Notes under the pieces: model-generated | The model's database searches: none | What the model saw: only the letters and a program-made list of their open reading frames with translations | What the model was told of the DNA's origin: nothing | Made by a program: the position numbers and the translations under genes | Part shown: piece by piece, positions 53,582 to 64,000 of the stretch | How positions within the stretch are numbered: position 1 is the first letter of the stretch | Layout of the letters: each line of letters opens with the position of its first letter | DNA from: Auanema rhodensis | Lineage: Eukaryota; Animalia; Nematoda | Assembly (NCBI GenBank): GCA_964057225.1 | Contig: OZ059896.1 | Location: 15,376,001-15,440,000 of the forward strand | Reading direction: 5' to 3' | DNA: 64,000 nucleotides

Positions 53582-54511
53582 TTAGAAAGGAATAACAGAA
53601 AGATCTCTATTGTAAAATCCTCCGGTATGCTCCTTCTTGAGAGATACAATTGACTTAGCAAGAACCGAAGTAGATTCATCAACCTGCATTTCACGACTAT
53701 TATGTTGAACGAAAATGTAATTTACTTACAGTAAGGATAGCTCCTTCACCTCCCATATCAGTCTGAACCCATCCTGGGCAGAATTGAGTGATGATTATAT
53801 TCTTTGGTGCGAGGTCATGACACAAGACTCTTCCAACCATGTTCAAAGCAGTCTTAAATAAAACCTTGAAGTTGGACTTAAATAATGCTTGCCTTGCTGG
53901 TCTTGTAGGCCATTGAGCCTCTTTCACCACCTCCTTCAGCGGTTTTAGAAAGAGAAGCTAAGAAACTAGAGATGTTGGCAACTTTGCCTTCTCCACCTCT
54001 TTCAAGAAGTGGAACAAATGTCTTAATATATTATTGTTTGCTGGAAATGCCTTTTTATGAACCTGAGTAACAATCAGAGGACTTGTACAATTGACATTTA
54101 TGCTTTTATTGAAAGATTCTCTGTTACACTTATCAGCGTAGTAGTTCTCCCACAGACCGGCATTGTTGACGAGAATATCTAGACCTTTGTCTCCAACAAC
54201 AGACTCAACCTTAAAGTGTAAGCGAATTGTTTATTTTGAGGTTATTAGGATCAACCTTCTGATAGACTTGCTTTATAGACTCATCGTTATCGACGTCCAA
54301 CTTTAAAATATGAAGACGGGGATCCTTAATGGCAGACAGCTCCTGAATCAAAGTTTTGCAATACTTTCCATGCAATTGAATATACCGTAGAAGCATCGGG
54401 GTTTCTAGCAGTAGCAAAGATATTTTGAACACCAGGAAGCTGCAAAAATTGACGAACAAGTCCCAAGCCAATACCACGGTTGGCCCCGGTGACCAAAATA
54501 GAAGAACTCAT
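53582..54511 (-). CDS. Short-chain dehydrogenase/reductase, C-factor/sniffer-like; multi-exon
   Basis: [15 protein letters not shown] (TGxxxGxG), ILVNNAG, ANISS, catalytic [15 protein letters not shown]. Stop TAA 53582-53584. Confidence 0.92.
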
Positions 54512-54742
54512 TTCTGAAGGATGAAAGCATTAAAAATATTTAAAGCTAACATCTCATGAGAAAAGCGGCTACGGATCAGGAATAATGTAATATGTCATGT
54601 TAAACAATATTTACTTTCAAAAGAAGCAACAGTTTATAAAAGATACGTATCAAATCAGTGAATTTAACAAATGTGAGAACTTTTTTTGGGGTGAAATTCA
54701 TATTCGATTAACTTAATTATGAAAATGGTTAGATTTGCGAAT

Positions 54743-56372
54743 TCATTCAATGACATCTCCTTTGGAACCAAGACGTGTGGGATCCTGACTGGGATAGTAA
54801 ACACCAGGACCTCCTTTGCTGATGGATGCTGAATAAGAGAAGATTGTAAAGAGAACTACTTGTGGTTAAAAAACCTCCTGCAACTGATGGTGGTTCGTAG
54901 CTAGGAACAACAAGTGCTGAAGGCGGAGCATAACCAGACATCGGAGGAATGGGAGGGGCTGGACCATCGAACCTGCTTTTTTTAAGCATAGGAGTTAAGT
55001 CCTCGGGTATAGGACAAACTGAATACAAAAGATATTAAAAATGTTTCGGCTCTAATTAACATACCATTTGGTAAAGATGGAACAGGATTAATAGGCCGGG
55101 CCTCGGTTTCAGTTCCTGTACGTTCAGCTGGTGGAGCTCCCCAACGAATTTTCAACAATCGACCCTGAATGGCGCTATTGTATTATAAATAGGAGATATA
55201 AGTGTTTACTTTAATGGTAAGTTTCTTGAAAGAACGATCCGCTGCCATTTCAGCAGCCTCTCTTGTGGTAAACGTGATGAACACACAGCTTTTTTCTTCT
55301 AACATTCTGATGTTTCTGATATCTCCGAACTGGTAGAAGTAATCACTAAAAACAATATTATACTGAAACATAAAATAAATGACAAAATTACGTAAGATCT
55401 TTTTCTGATATTTGTCCAGCAGGTCCTAGATTACCAATATACAATGTTGTGACAGTATTATCTGCTGGAGGTTCCAAAGTTGGCATAGCCTTAATTCAAA
55501 ATGAGGAAAATAACTATAAAATACACGTACTTTCGCTCTATTCATAATTTTTTCTGCAACAGGATCATTTGTTCCGTAATATCTGTCCTTCATGTTTTGG
55601 TGAGATAGAGGATCATCAGGATCAGAAGGTTTTTCATGTCTATAATCAAAATTTGTCGCATATTGAACTAAACATGATTGTACCTATATGGACATTCTTC
55701 ACCACGCTTGCATTCCCCCTTAACGAAGAAAGAACAGATGTGTGGTGCATTTCTCTTATAATAAGGTGTGGTACGAGCAATTTTTCTTAAAAGTTCTGTT
55801 CCTTGGACACTTCCTGGTTCAGCCAATGCACCAAACGGCGTAGTTCCATCTGTTTGAGCAAGCGATCTACATAGTTACAAAGGTTGGAGTAAACAAATAT
55901 TCTCAACTCACCTTTCCACATTTTGTAAGAAGAAATCACGATTTGCACCCTCTTTAGGAATATTGTCAGAAATTTTCAAGGCTTCATCACGCACTTGTAC
56001 AGGTAACCCTGAACGAGATGTTTGATCTCAACTGAAACATCACGAACATACCGAATTCCAAGTCAAACATACATGTTTGACAAACATTTTTCACTTTAGC
56101 ACATGTTTGGCATAACTCGGTATTCTTATATCGAGCACCCTTTCCTGGTTGCCAACGGAAATTTGTGAATGGACGTTCACAGATTTTACATTCTTTACCA
56201 AATTTGTCCTTCATCTGAAACAAAGAATTAGTTAAGTAAGCTAAGTGGTTGAATCTAGTACCATTCTTAAGTATGGATTATTACCCAAACAGGTCTCACA
56301 TAGAATTGGAAAGTCTGCATCTTCCCAATTAACTCTGTTATATTGGGAATAGGAGGACTTTGACATAGACAT
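54743..56372 (-). CDS. rbm-22: Pre-mRNA splicing factor RBM22 (Cwc2/Slt11)
   Basis: [61 protein letters not shown] finger ([21 protein letters not shown]), RRM (FYQFGDIR...[13 protein letters not shown]), terminal YYPSQDP. Confidence 0.95.
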
Positions 56373-56630
56373 CTTGACCTGAAAACAAGATTGATGAAAG
56401 AATTCATATGCTCTTGAAAACTAGAAAAGCTATATGCATAAGAACTAAAACTTTTCAGAAAATTATGGGTTCAGACCAACATAGAACATCGTTATGAATT
56501 TTAAAAACAAAAGTTTTTAAAGAATAAAGAAACAACAATAATGAAAAAAGAAGAAAATATCTATTTTAACAAGATTTTAACAACCCTCACAACAAAATGA
56601 AAAAAATCAATAATAAATAAGTATGAAAAT

Positions 56631-58918
56631 CTAAGAAACTGTTCTGAGAATTTCTGTCAGACTATTAGCCAAAGAATCCAACTTAACATCCTAAAATATA
56701 TATTATTTAAGAGTGAAATTGTTATCGGTTCATGAATTACCGTCTCTTCACGGCTCTTAACATTGCGAATTTTGGCGATTCCTTCTTGAATTTCTCTCTC
56801 ACCTACAACCAACATCAAAGGAATATATTTCTCCTCACAGTATTGAATTTGAGTCAATAATTTTGGATTAGCTTTGTACATCATTTCAGCCTTAAATGAT
56901 TAAATTCTAATAAAATGCTTTAAATAGATAAAATACCTTGAATCCGTTATCCCATAAAGTTTTGCATAACTTCATCCTCTCTTTAAGAAGATTTTTCTGA
57001 GCAGAAGCAACAAAGATCTCAGTTTCTGTTGTTCTACATGGCTTCTCCTCAATCTTAACAGAATATATTCAAATGGTTTCACAAATGTTTAAAAAGTACT
57101 TTCATTTTGGCTTCCATAATAGCAAAAAGTCGCTCTATTCCTAGAGAAACACCACAGCAAGGAACTTTTGCCTTTGGTGAAAACATGGAAACAAGTCCGT
57201 CGTATCTTCCTCCAGCAGCAACGGAGCCAACACCTACTGGCAAGTTTTGGCCATCTTCAGTTTCAACCTTCAAGCCATCTAAGGCGTCTGAAAGAGAAAC
57301 CTATTATAAGAAAAGCCAAATAAGATAACTCACTAGGAACAACAGCCTCGTATATAGCTCCAGTGTAATAGTCTAAACCTCTGGCAAGGGAAGGATCAAA
57401 CTTAGCAGATCCTACTCCGAACAAATCACAATATTCAAAAAGAAGTTTCAACTCAGTTACTCCAGTAGTGAACTGAGCGTTGTTCTTCAACTCCTCGATT
57501 TCAAGCATTTTATCGAGTAGGGCAACATTGTCCAAGTCGGGATAGAACTCTAAAGAAAATTAAAATTAAAATTCCACAACTTGAAATTACCTCTAAACCG
57601 AACATATTGTCCTAACTTTTGAGTTGCCTCTGGCGTGAGTCCCTTTTCTTTGATAAGTTCTTCTTCAACCTATGATAAAAACATAATAAACCAAAGGCAA
57701 GCACATACAACCAACCTCAGCCCAAGGTTGCTTATCTAACTTATCAATGGATGAGCAAACTGTTTTGAATTGAGCAGGATCAGCTCCGCAAACAGCAAAC
57801 ATACCATCAAGAACAGCCCGATGATTGAGCTGTAGAAAGAAATGTAAAATCATATTTTAAAAAAAATTTTACTTTAATGAAGAAGGTGCCAATTTCAAGT
57901 TTCCCTAATACTTCATCGAGAATTTTTAAGCATTCCACTTCGGGAAGCATAGAATCATACTGTCCGGCAATGTCGAAATCCTAAATACTTTGGGAATAGG
58001 ACAATTGAAAATTGAATCAAGCTTACGCATTGATAAAATTCTCTATAACGCCCACGGGTCATCACAGGTTGATCACGTCGATAAACCTTAGCAATGTGGT
58101 ACCTTTTGATATTTTGGATTTTATTCATAGCTACATAACGAGCAAATGGAACCTAAATAGCAAATTAAATAACAGCAATTACTAGTAACTACACACAGTT
58201 AAATCATATCGGAGAGAAAGAAGTTCTCCTCCTTGGTCTTGGAGATCATAAACAAGTTTGCCACCTTCTTCTCCATATTTGCCTAACAAGACCTAAATTT
58301 CAGAATTAAGAGAAAAAAACAAAAAAATATACTAACATCTCGGAGTTCGAAAACGGGAGTGTCGATAGACTCTGCTCCGTGACGTTTAAAAGCATCTTTG
58401 ACTAAACTAATAACGGACTCTCTAACAGCCATAGACTTTGGTCCATAATCACGGGTTCCTTAATGGAAAATTAAAATATATACATAACAAAAACTAATAC
58501 CTTTAGCATTCTTAAGAACAAATTTTCCGGAACTGGGAGGTTCGTCTCCGACAAGTTTTTTCTTGGCTAACATGGCAGCAACCTTCTCCTTGATCTAAAA
58601 AAAAAACAATCGTGAACCAAAAATCGAAGGGGGAGAAGCGCAATTAAGTAATGATCAACTCGCACCCTTCTCCCACTTCGGTGACTGTAAACTATAGGTT
58701 TGTGAACCGTCGTAACGGTTTTGGAGCAGCGTAAAGCCAAGGATAACAACATTTTGAGCAATAAATTCACTAAAAAAAGTTGCAGGCCTTCCCGCTGAAG
58801 TTTGAAGAAAATTAATGCTTACGAGATCAGGATTGGCCTTGTCAGCTTTCAACTTGCGAATCTCATTACCCAGAGCAGTAATTTCGTCCTTCAAAGCTTG
58901 AAGTTCAGTATCCTGCAT
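56631..58918 (-). CDS. hars-1: Histidyl-tRNA synthetase (cytosolic isoform with N-terminal WHEP domain)
   Basis: WHEP-like [13 protein letters not shown]; [78 protein letters not shown]. Stop TAG 56631-56633. Confidence 0.96.
58666..58752 (-). CDS. hars-1: Putative alternative first exon of hars-1 encoding a mitochondrial presequence
   Basis: [29 protein letters not shown] is basic and has no acidic residues. Phase-0 donor AGG|gtgcga is compatible with the exon-2 acceptor at 58595. An upstream TTTTTTTAG acceptor ends at 58770. Confidence 0.7.
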
Positions 58919-58948
58919 AATACGGAGCCCCGTCGAATATATCTGAAA

Positions 58949-59242
58949 CAAAAATCATACAATGTCAACAATATGAATCCAACAGAATGTTTAAACTAAA
59001 ATATAAAAGAAAAATAATACAATTGATAAAACATTGTATAACAACCACTTATATGATATTTAACTTCAAAAAATACTACAATAATTGCAACTGTCGCACA
59101 ATTTTATGGGCGTGGTCAGGTGTCGTTTGAAAATTTTTTCAATGAATTCCATGCTGACTATGGACGTCTGACAATTTCACTTAATTTAGTGCTAAAAATT
59201 AAAACGAATTGTCACTATATTTAGTCTGAAAAGTATTTAGAT
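58949..59242. promoter_or_regulatory. Short divergent (bidirectional) promoter between hars-1 and seld-1
   Basis: Head-to-head ATGs 325 bp apart, each preceded by a trans-splice-like acceptor (TTTCAG / ATTTAG); central GGGCGTGG element at ~59108. Confidence 0.6.
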
Positions 59243-60906
59243 ATGTCGAACGACAGCAGGATTTCGAGAATTTTGAAGGGATTTGATCCTAAAGATTTGA
59301 ATTTGCCTGAAGACTTTGTGCTAACTAAACTCACAGCTTTGAAAGGATGTGGATGCAAAGTTCCGCGAGCTGTTAGTTATAATATAGCTTGAAGTTGTGT
59401 ATATTCTCTATAGGCTTTGTTAGAATTGTTAAAACACTTTGGAAACCTTGAAGAAGCAACTGGAAGCGGAGTTGGTAAGTTTTTGTTTTCAAATTATCAG
59501 TCTTCGAATAATAATAAGTAGGCATTGGACTGGATAGTTGCGTTATTCCTCTCCGTCATAAAGGATTGAATCTTGTTCAAACCACTGATTTCTTTTATCC
59601 ATTGGTTGATGATCCTTATTTAATGGTAATTTTTATACTATTTTATACGGATTTTTTTTCATAGAAATATTCTCGAAATTTCATAAATTTAAAATGAAAG
59701 TAATTTTTCTTAAAATGCTATCATAATTTTCAACATTTGTCTCTTAAAGTTTGGTGCTGTTTCTTGGAACTCAAATTTAGAGTAGTATGAAAATTCCCTG
59801 TTCTATCCAATATATTTGCTTCTTAGGGTAGAGTTACATGCGCAAATGTGCTTAGTGATTTGTATGCAATGGGAGTTGCTGATTGTGACAATATGCTCAT
59901 GTTACTTGGTGTTTCCACTGAATTAAATGACCAACATCGTGATATCATCATTTCTCAATTCATACAAGGGTTCAAGGTTTGGTTATTCGGTTTTTAAAAG
60001 AAAAGTATTGGATTTATTTCTTGAGGATGGAGCTGATTTAGCTGAGACCAAGGTTAGAGGCGGTCAAACCGTTCGTTGTCCTTGGTTGTTATTGGGAGGA
60101 GTAGCAAGTAGTGTAGCCTCGGATAAAGAAATTGTAGACGTCAGTCAGGCTAAACCGGGAGATGTTCTTCTGTTAACCAAACCTATTGGGGGACAGGTAT
60201 CCGCAGTCCAGTAAAAAATAGTTTTCAAAAGGATGTTGGAATGATAGGTAGCAGTGAATTCCTATGAATGGTTAAAGAAAAAAAATGGGCGAATTGAAGA
60301 ACTCCAACTTGATGAAACCAAAATTGTAAGAGCTTTTCAACAAGTTTGTGAACAGATGAGTCGCTTGAATAGGTGAAAATGCCTAATAAAATTCAAATTT
60401 TGAGTTTTGTTTTCTTAGGAATGCCGCAAGATTGCTTCGAAAATATCATGCTCATTCGTCAACAGATGTCACAGGCTTCGGAATCTTAGGTTGAATACCT
60501 AACATTTAATAATAAAATGCTGTTTAAAGGTCATGCTGACAATTTGGCTAAAGCACAGAAAGAAAAGGTTAAATTTGTGATTGACACATTGCCCATTGTG
60601 GAATACATGGACGAAATCTCGAAGAAAATGGTAAATGGAAATGGGTTCAATCTGTTTTCTGGCACGTCAGCTGAAACAAGTGGTGGCTTGCTCGTTGCTC
60701 TCTCTGCCCAAGACGCGAAGGTTCTTTTTATCAGGGTTCTAATTTTTGTTGAACAAAAGTTATAGCTCTATCAAAAGGAGATAGAAGAACTGGATGGTTT
60801 TCCTGCTTGGATTGTTGGTCGTGTTGAGGCCCATGATGGTGAAAATACAGCTATAATCTCTGATGACTTCACAGTATTAAATATTCCCAGTCAGATTCAT
60901 TCCTAA
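59243..60906 (+). CDS. seld-1: Selenophosphate synthetase (SelD/SPS), Cys-type
   Basis: [93 protein letters not shown]. Confidence 0.96.
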
Positions 60907-61125
60907 TAACATATATAACTAACTTTTCTTAATAACAATGCATTATTTCTAAAGTATCTTTTTTTTATTTTAGCTGTTGTGGGGTGAGGTTTCCCGCCAA
61001 TATTTATTGAAAAAAAACTGGTTTTTATTTCTATTTGCAATTGATGACTCAGCTTTCCTTTCTTGCGAAATGCTTTGTTATCTTCGAAATCGACATTGTT
61101 AAGGTGTACCTCGTTCAGTAGCGTA

Positions 61126-63615
61126 ATGCATTTCGTGAAGAAGGTTCCAACTACTCAAGAAGAGGATGAACTACGTAGCAAGGAGCGCGCCATTAAGCAG
61201 AAAATTTTTTGTGCCGTAAGAGACAAGATTTTTGATAAATCTGTCAAAAGTAAGAACATTTAAAATAATTTTTATCGTTCTTATGATAACTTACAGATGA
61301 ATTTGACGATGAAATGCTTGAGCTCACCCAGAAACTTCTTGAAAAGAATCCCGATATCTACACATTCTGGATATACAGAAGGAAAACTATAAGTGACTAT
61401 GTTAAGAAAAGAGATGAGATGGTATTTTTGATCATTTTTATATTTAAAATTTTTTTTTCTTCTGTAGAGTAAAAAAAATGAATATGAGTCTCAACAACAA
61501 GAATACAATGATTTAGCTCAAAAGCTTGAAAACATATATTTAAATGAATTACATCTTTCAAAGACTTGCATTGAGGTAACAAAAATATTTTTTAGAGAAC
61601 TAAAATATAATTTTTGCTTTAGGCGAATCCTAAATCTTATTCTGCGTGGTTTCATAGAGGCTGGGTGCTTAAACAACAGAAAGAACCTAACTATCTAATG
61701 GACTTAAGTTTATGTGAAAAGGCCTTGAAAATGGACTGCAGGTATGTTTTTTTTATTTTCTCTCTCTAATTCTACTTCAACAATGAAGACAGGTTTTTAG
61801 TTAGCTTTCATCTATGAACTTCCTTGTGTTTATTCCATTATTAGTCTGTCACTTATATTCATTTTATTCCCTCTCGCGTGTAAAATCGGTTGTTTACGGT
61901 TTGACCATTTTAGAAACTTCCATGTTTGGGATCATAGACGAATTGTTGCAAAGCTTGGAAATATCCCAAGCGATGAAGAATTACAGTGGGACAAATTATT
62001 TTTACTTAGTTTTCTATTTGTTTTAAATTTTAGATTTTCTAACAAATTGATTGGGGATAATTTTTCAAATTACTCAGCATGGCATTACCGTGTCACTCTC
62101 CTTCCTAGAGTGAAAGATGAGGCTGCCAGTATTTCAGGAGCATATCGTATGGATGAAACAACTCTTGGAGAGGAACTAAAGGTGAAAGTTGACAGCATTG
62201 TTTTTAAAAATTTGTTAGTTTAGAAAGTTACATCGGCCTTCTACACTGATCCTGATGATCAATCTGCTTGGGTTTACACTCGATGGCTTTTGGACATTAG
62301 CTCAGATAAAGAATGGAGTTTGTTTTTGCTTTCAGCAAACTGTTTGCATTTTTAAATTGTAGTGTTGCCTGATTCTCGTTTACCCTCAGTACCTTTGAGC
62401 GTTACTTTCAATGGTGATAAAACAACTCTTGTTATGTCTCGAGCTTGTACTGCGGAGGTTGTAGCTTCATTTATTAGAGCGAATTCTGAAGGAAATTTCA
62501 TTCCAGTAAGAATGATTTGTTGGCACAACCATTAGAGAAATTAAATATTTCAGTATTCTGCCTACTCTAAAAACCCCAAATCTTCAAAAACATGGCACTT
62601 TACTTCGAAAACCCCTGTTAAGGTTATAGGCAATGGTTTTGATGTTTCAGATCATGATTGTGCCTCAGGACCATACATTAATAAGGTATGCTGTTCTGAA
62701 TCCACTGTAAATACGCAATCATATTTAGAATGCCTTTTACATTGCATTCGGTGTTGAAGCTCGAAATAAAAATAATGCAATTGCTACATTAACTAAAAAC
62801 TGCGCTGAACTCATTGAGTTGGAGCCTAATAATGTGGTAAGTTGAGAATTTTTCAAAGTTTTAATGTACCATACGCATTTCAGTGGGCATTGGCAATGTA
62901 CAATCAGTGTTTGATTGCTACAGATCCTGTTGCAAATCATGAAACTATTATGTCTAACTTTAATAAATTGGCTAATGAACTGGATACGAAGCGTAAACAA
63001 GTAACTATTAAATTTTAATTGTTTTCCTACTGATTCTTCACTTATAGATGTACATTGCTATGGCATGTCGCGAGCTATTAAATGAAACTTTAAGAGCAAA
63101 AGAGGAAAATGGTAAAAGTTTATTGGATAACATTCTAGAAGGAACACAAAAGAGATTAGTTATTAGAAACAAAGAGATCACAAGGTACCATTTTTCCTCT
63201 CATAGCTGTTATTTTTTTTTTTTAAGTTTGGACGGCGTAGAACTTCTTGCTGGCTTTATTACTGAACTTGAAGCTCCTGGCAATTGCCTTCAATCAGTTG
63301 GAGATATAGTTCTGCCAAATCTTGAGTTTTTAGATGTGAACGAAAACCAAATCAAAGGGTTCGTAGCCCGTACAGTATAATCATGTAATCAAATGTCTTT
63401 TCAGTATTGATGATTCTCGAATTTTCTCCAATTTACGTTTCCTCTCTGTTGCGGGTTGTCCTATCAAAGAAACAACTGATGTCATTGCCGCCTTGAAGAA
63501 TATGCCTCATCTAGAAAGATTTTTATTTGCCGAAACCGAGCTGAGTCAAAAAGAAAACTGTCAAAAATTAAACGAAGAATTGCCGAATTGTAGACTAATT
63601 CCACATTGGATGTAA
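61126..63615 (+). CDS. RABGGTA: Rab geranylgeranyltransferase (GGTase II) alpha subunit with C-terminal LRR
   Basis: MHFVKK start; PFTA repeats NPDIYTFW, NPKSYSAWFHRGW, RNFHVWDHRR, NFSNYSAWHYR, FYTDPDDQSAWVY; LRR-like tail (LPNLEFLDVNENQI). Stop TAA 63613-63615. Confidence 0.93.
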
Positions 63616-64000
63616 AAGTAAGGTGATGTTCTTTTTTTGTATATTTCTGTGATATCGTTTTCTCAAACTGATACATCATGTTTTTAGATGTAAATAAAAA
63701 TTGCAAGAAGCTTGTAATGTTTTCAATGAAACTTTTTCGATGTGTATCCAATAGAAGAGCACAAATGAATAGAGCCAGCCAATTGATCAGTTTTATGAGA
63801 ATTGATAAGGGTACCTTTTACATGACATCAACGTATTTGACTGGTCCACTCACTAATCTAGCTAGTTTTCATCAGAAGCAGTTTACTATTCATTTCATTT
63901 TTTGATTTAAAGGTCGTATTTGATAATGAGGGATCCATTAACTAAACATTAACTAAAGAAATTATTGTTAATTATTGTATTTAAGGATGATTTTACTGAA

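Noticed and set aside
58789-58806. TTCCCGC...TTTGAA resembling a CDE/CHR DREAM element
   Set aside because: The spacer is 5 nt rather than the canonical 4 nt; not convincing alone.
60907-61120. SECIS element in the seld-1 3' UTR
   Set aside because: No in-frame TGA in the CDS and no recognisable AUGA/GA stem-loop.
1-64000. tRNA, rRNA, snRNA/SL RNA genes, telomeric arrays, transposase/RT ORFs, CRISPR arrays
   Set aside because: None recognised by eye; tRNAscan-SE, Rfam and RepeatMasker runs would be needed to exclude divergent copies.

Overview
Eukaryotic, AT-rich, intron-dense genomic DNA from a rhabditid-type nematode, with most introns about 40-50 nt. I found no prokaryotic features, tRNA, rRNA, CRISPR arrays or recognisable transposons. 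Manual exon chaining supports 12 spliced protein-coding genes. Left block: 5' end of a signal-peptide/Ig-like gene running off the window (-), gta-1 GABA transaminase (-), mspn-1/ATAD1 (-), rack-1 (-), pxf-1 PDZ-RapGEF (+), an isochorismatase-domain gene (+) and QSOX (-). A ~19-kb gene-free stretch follows. Right block: an Ig/FN3/DB/WR1 membrane protein (igdb family, +), a C-factor-like SDR (-), rbm-22 (-), hars-1 (-), seld-1 (+) and RabGGTase alpha (+). Several genes have operon-like spacing. The most notable signals are RNA-processing switches: (1) a pxf-1 cassette exon followed by a STAR/SUP-12/RBFOX motif cluster, which would remove the C-terminal PDZ ligand; (2) an RBFOX-flanked alternative terminal exon that would make the igdb receptor secreted; (3) an intronic mitochondrial-targeting first exon in hars-1; (4) a frame-required 40-nt GC-AG intron; (5) frequent AAG/GAG 3' splice sites. 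I see no evidence of a wholly new multi-gene system. Gene names and C. elegans synteny are recalled, not searched. CDS coordinates are gene spans including introns.
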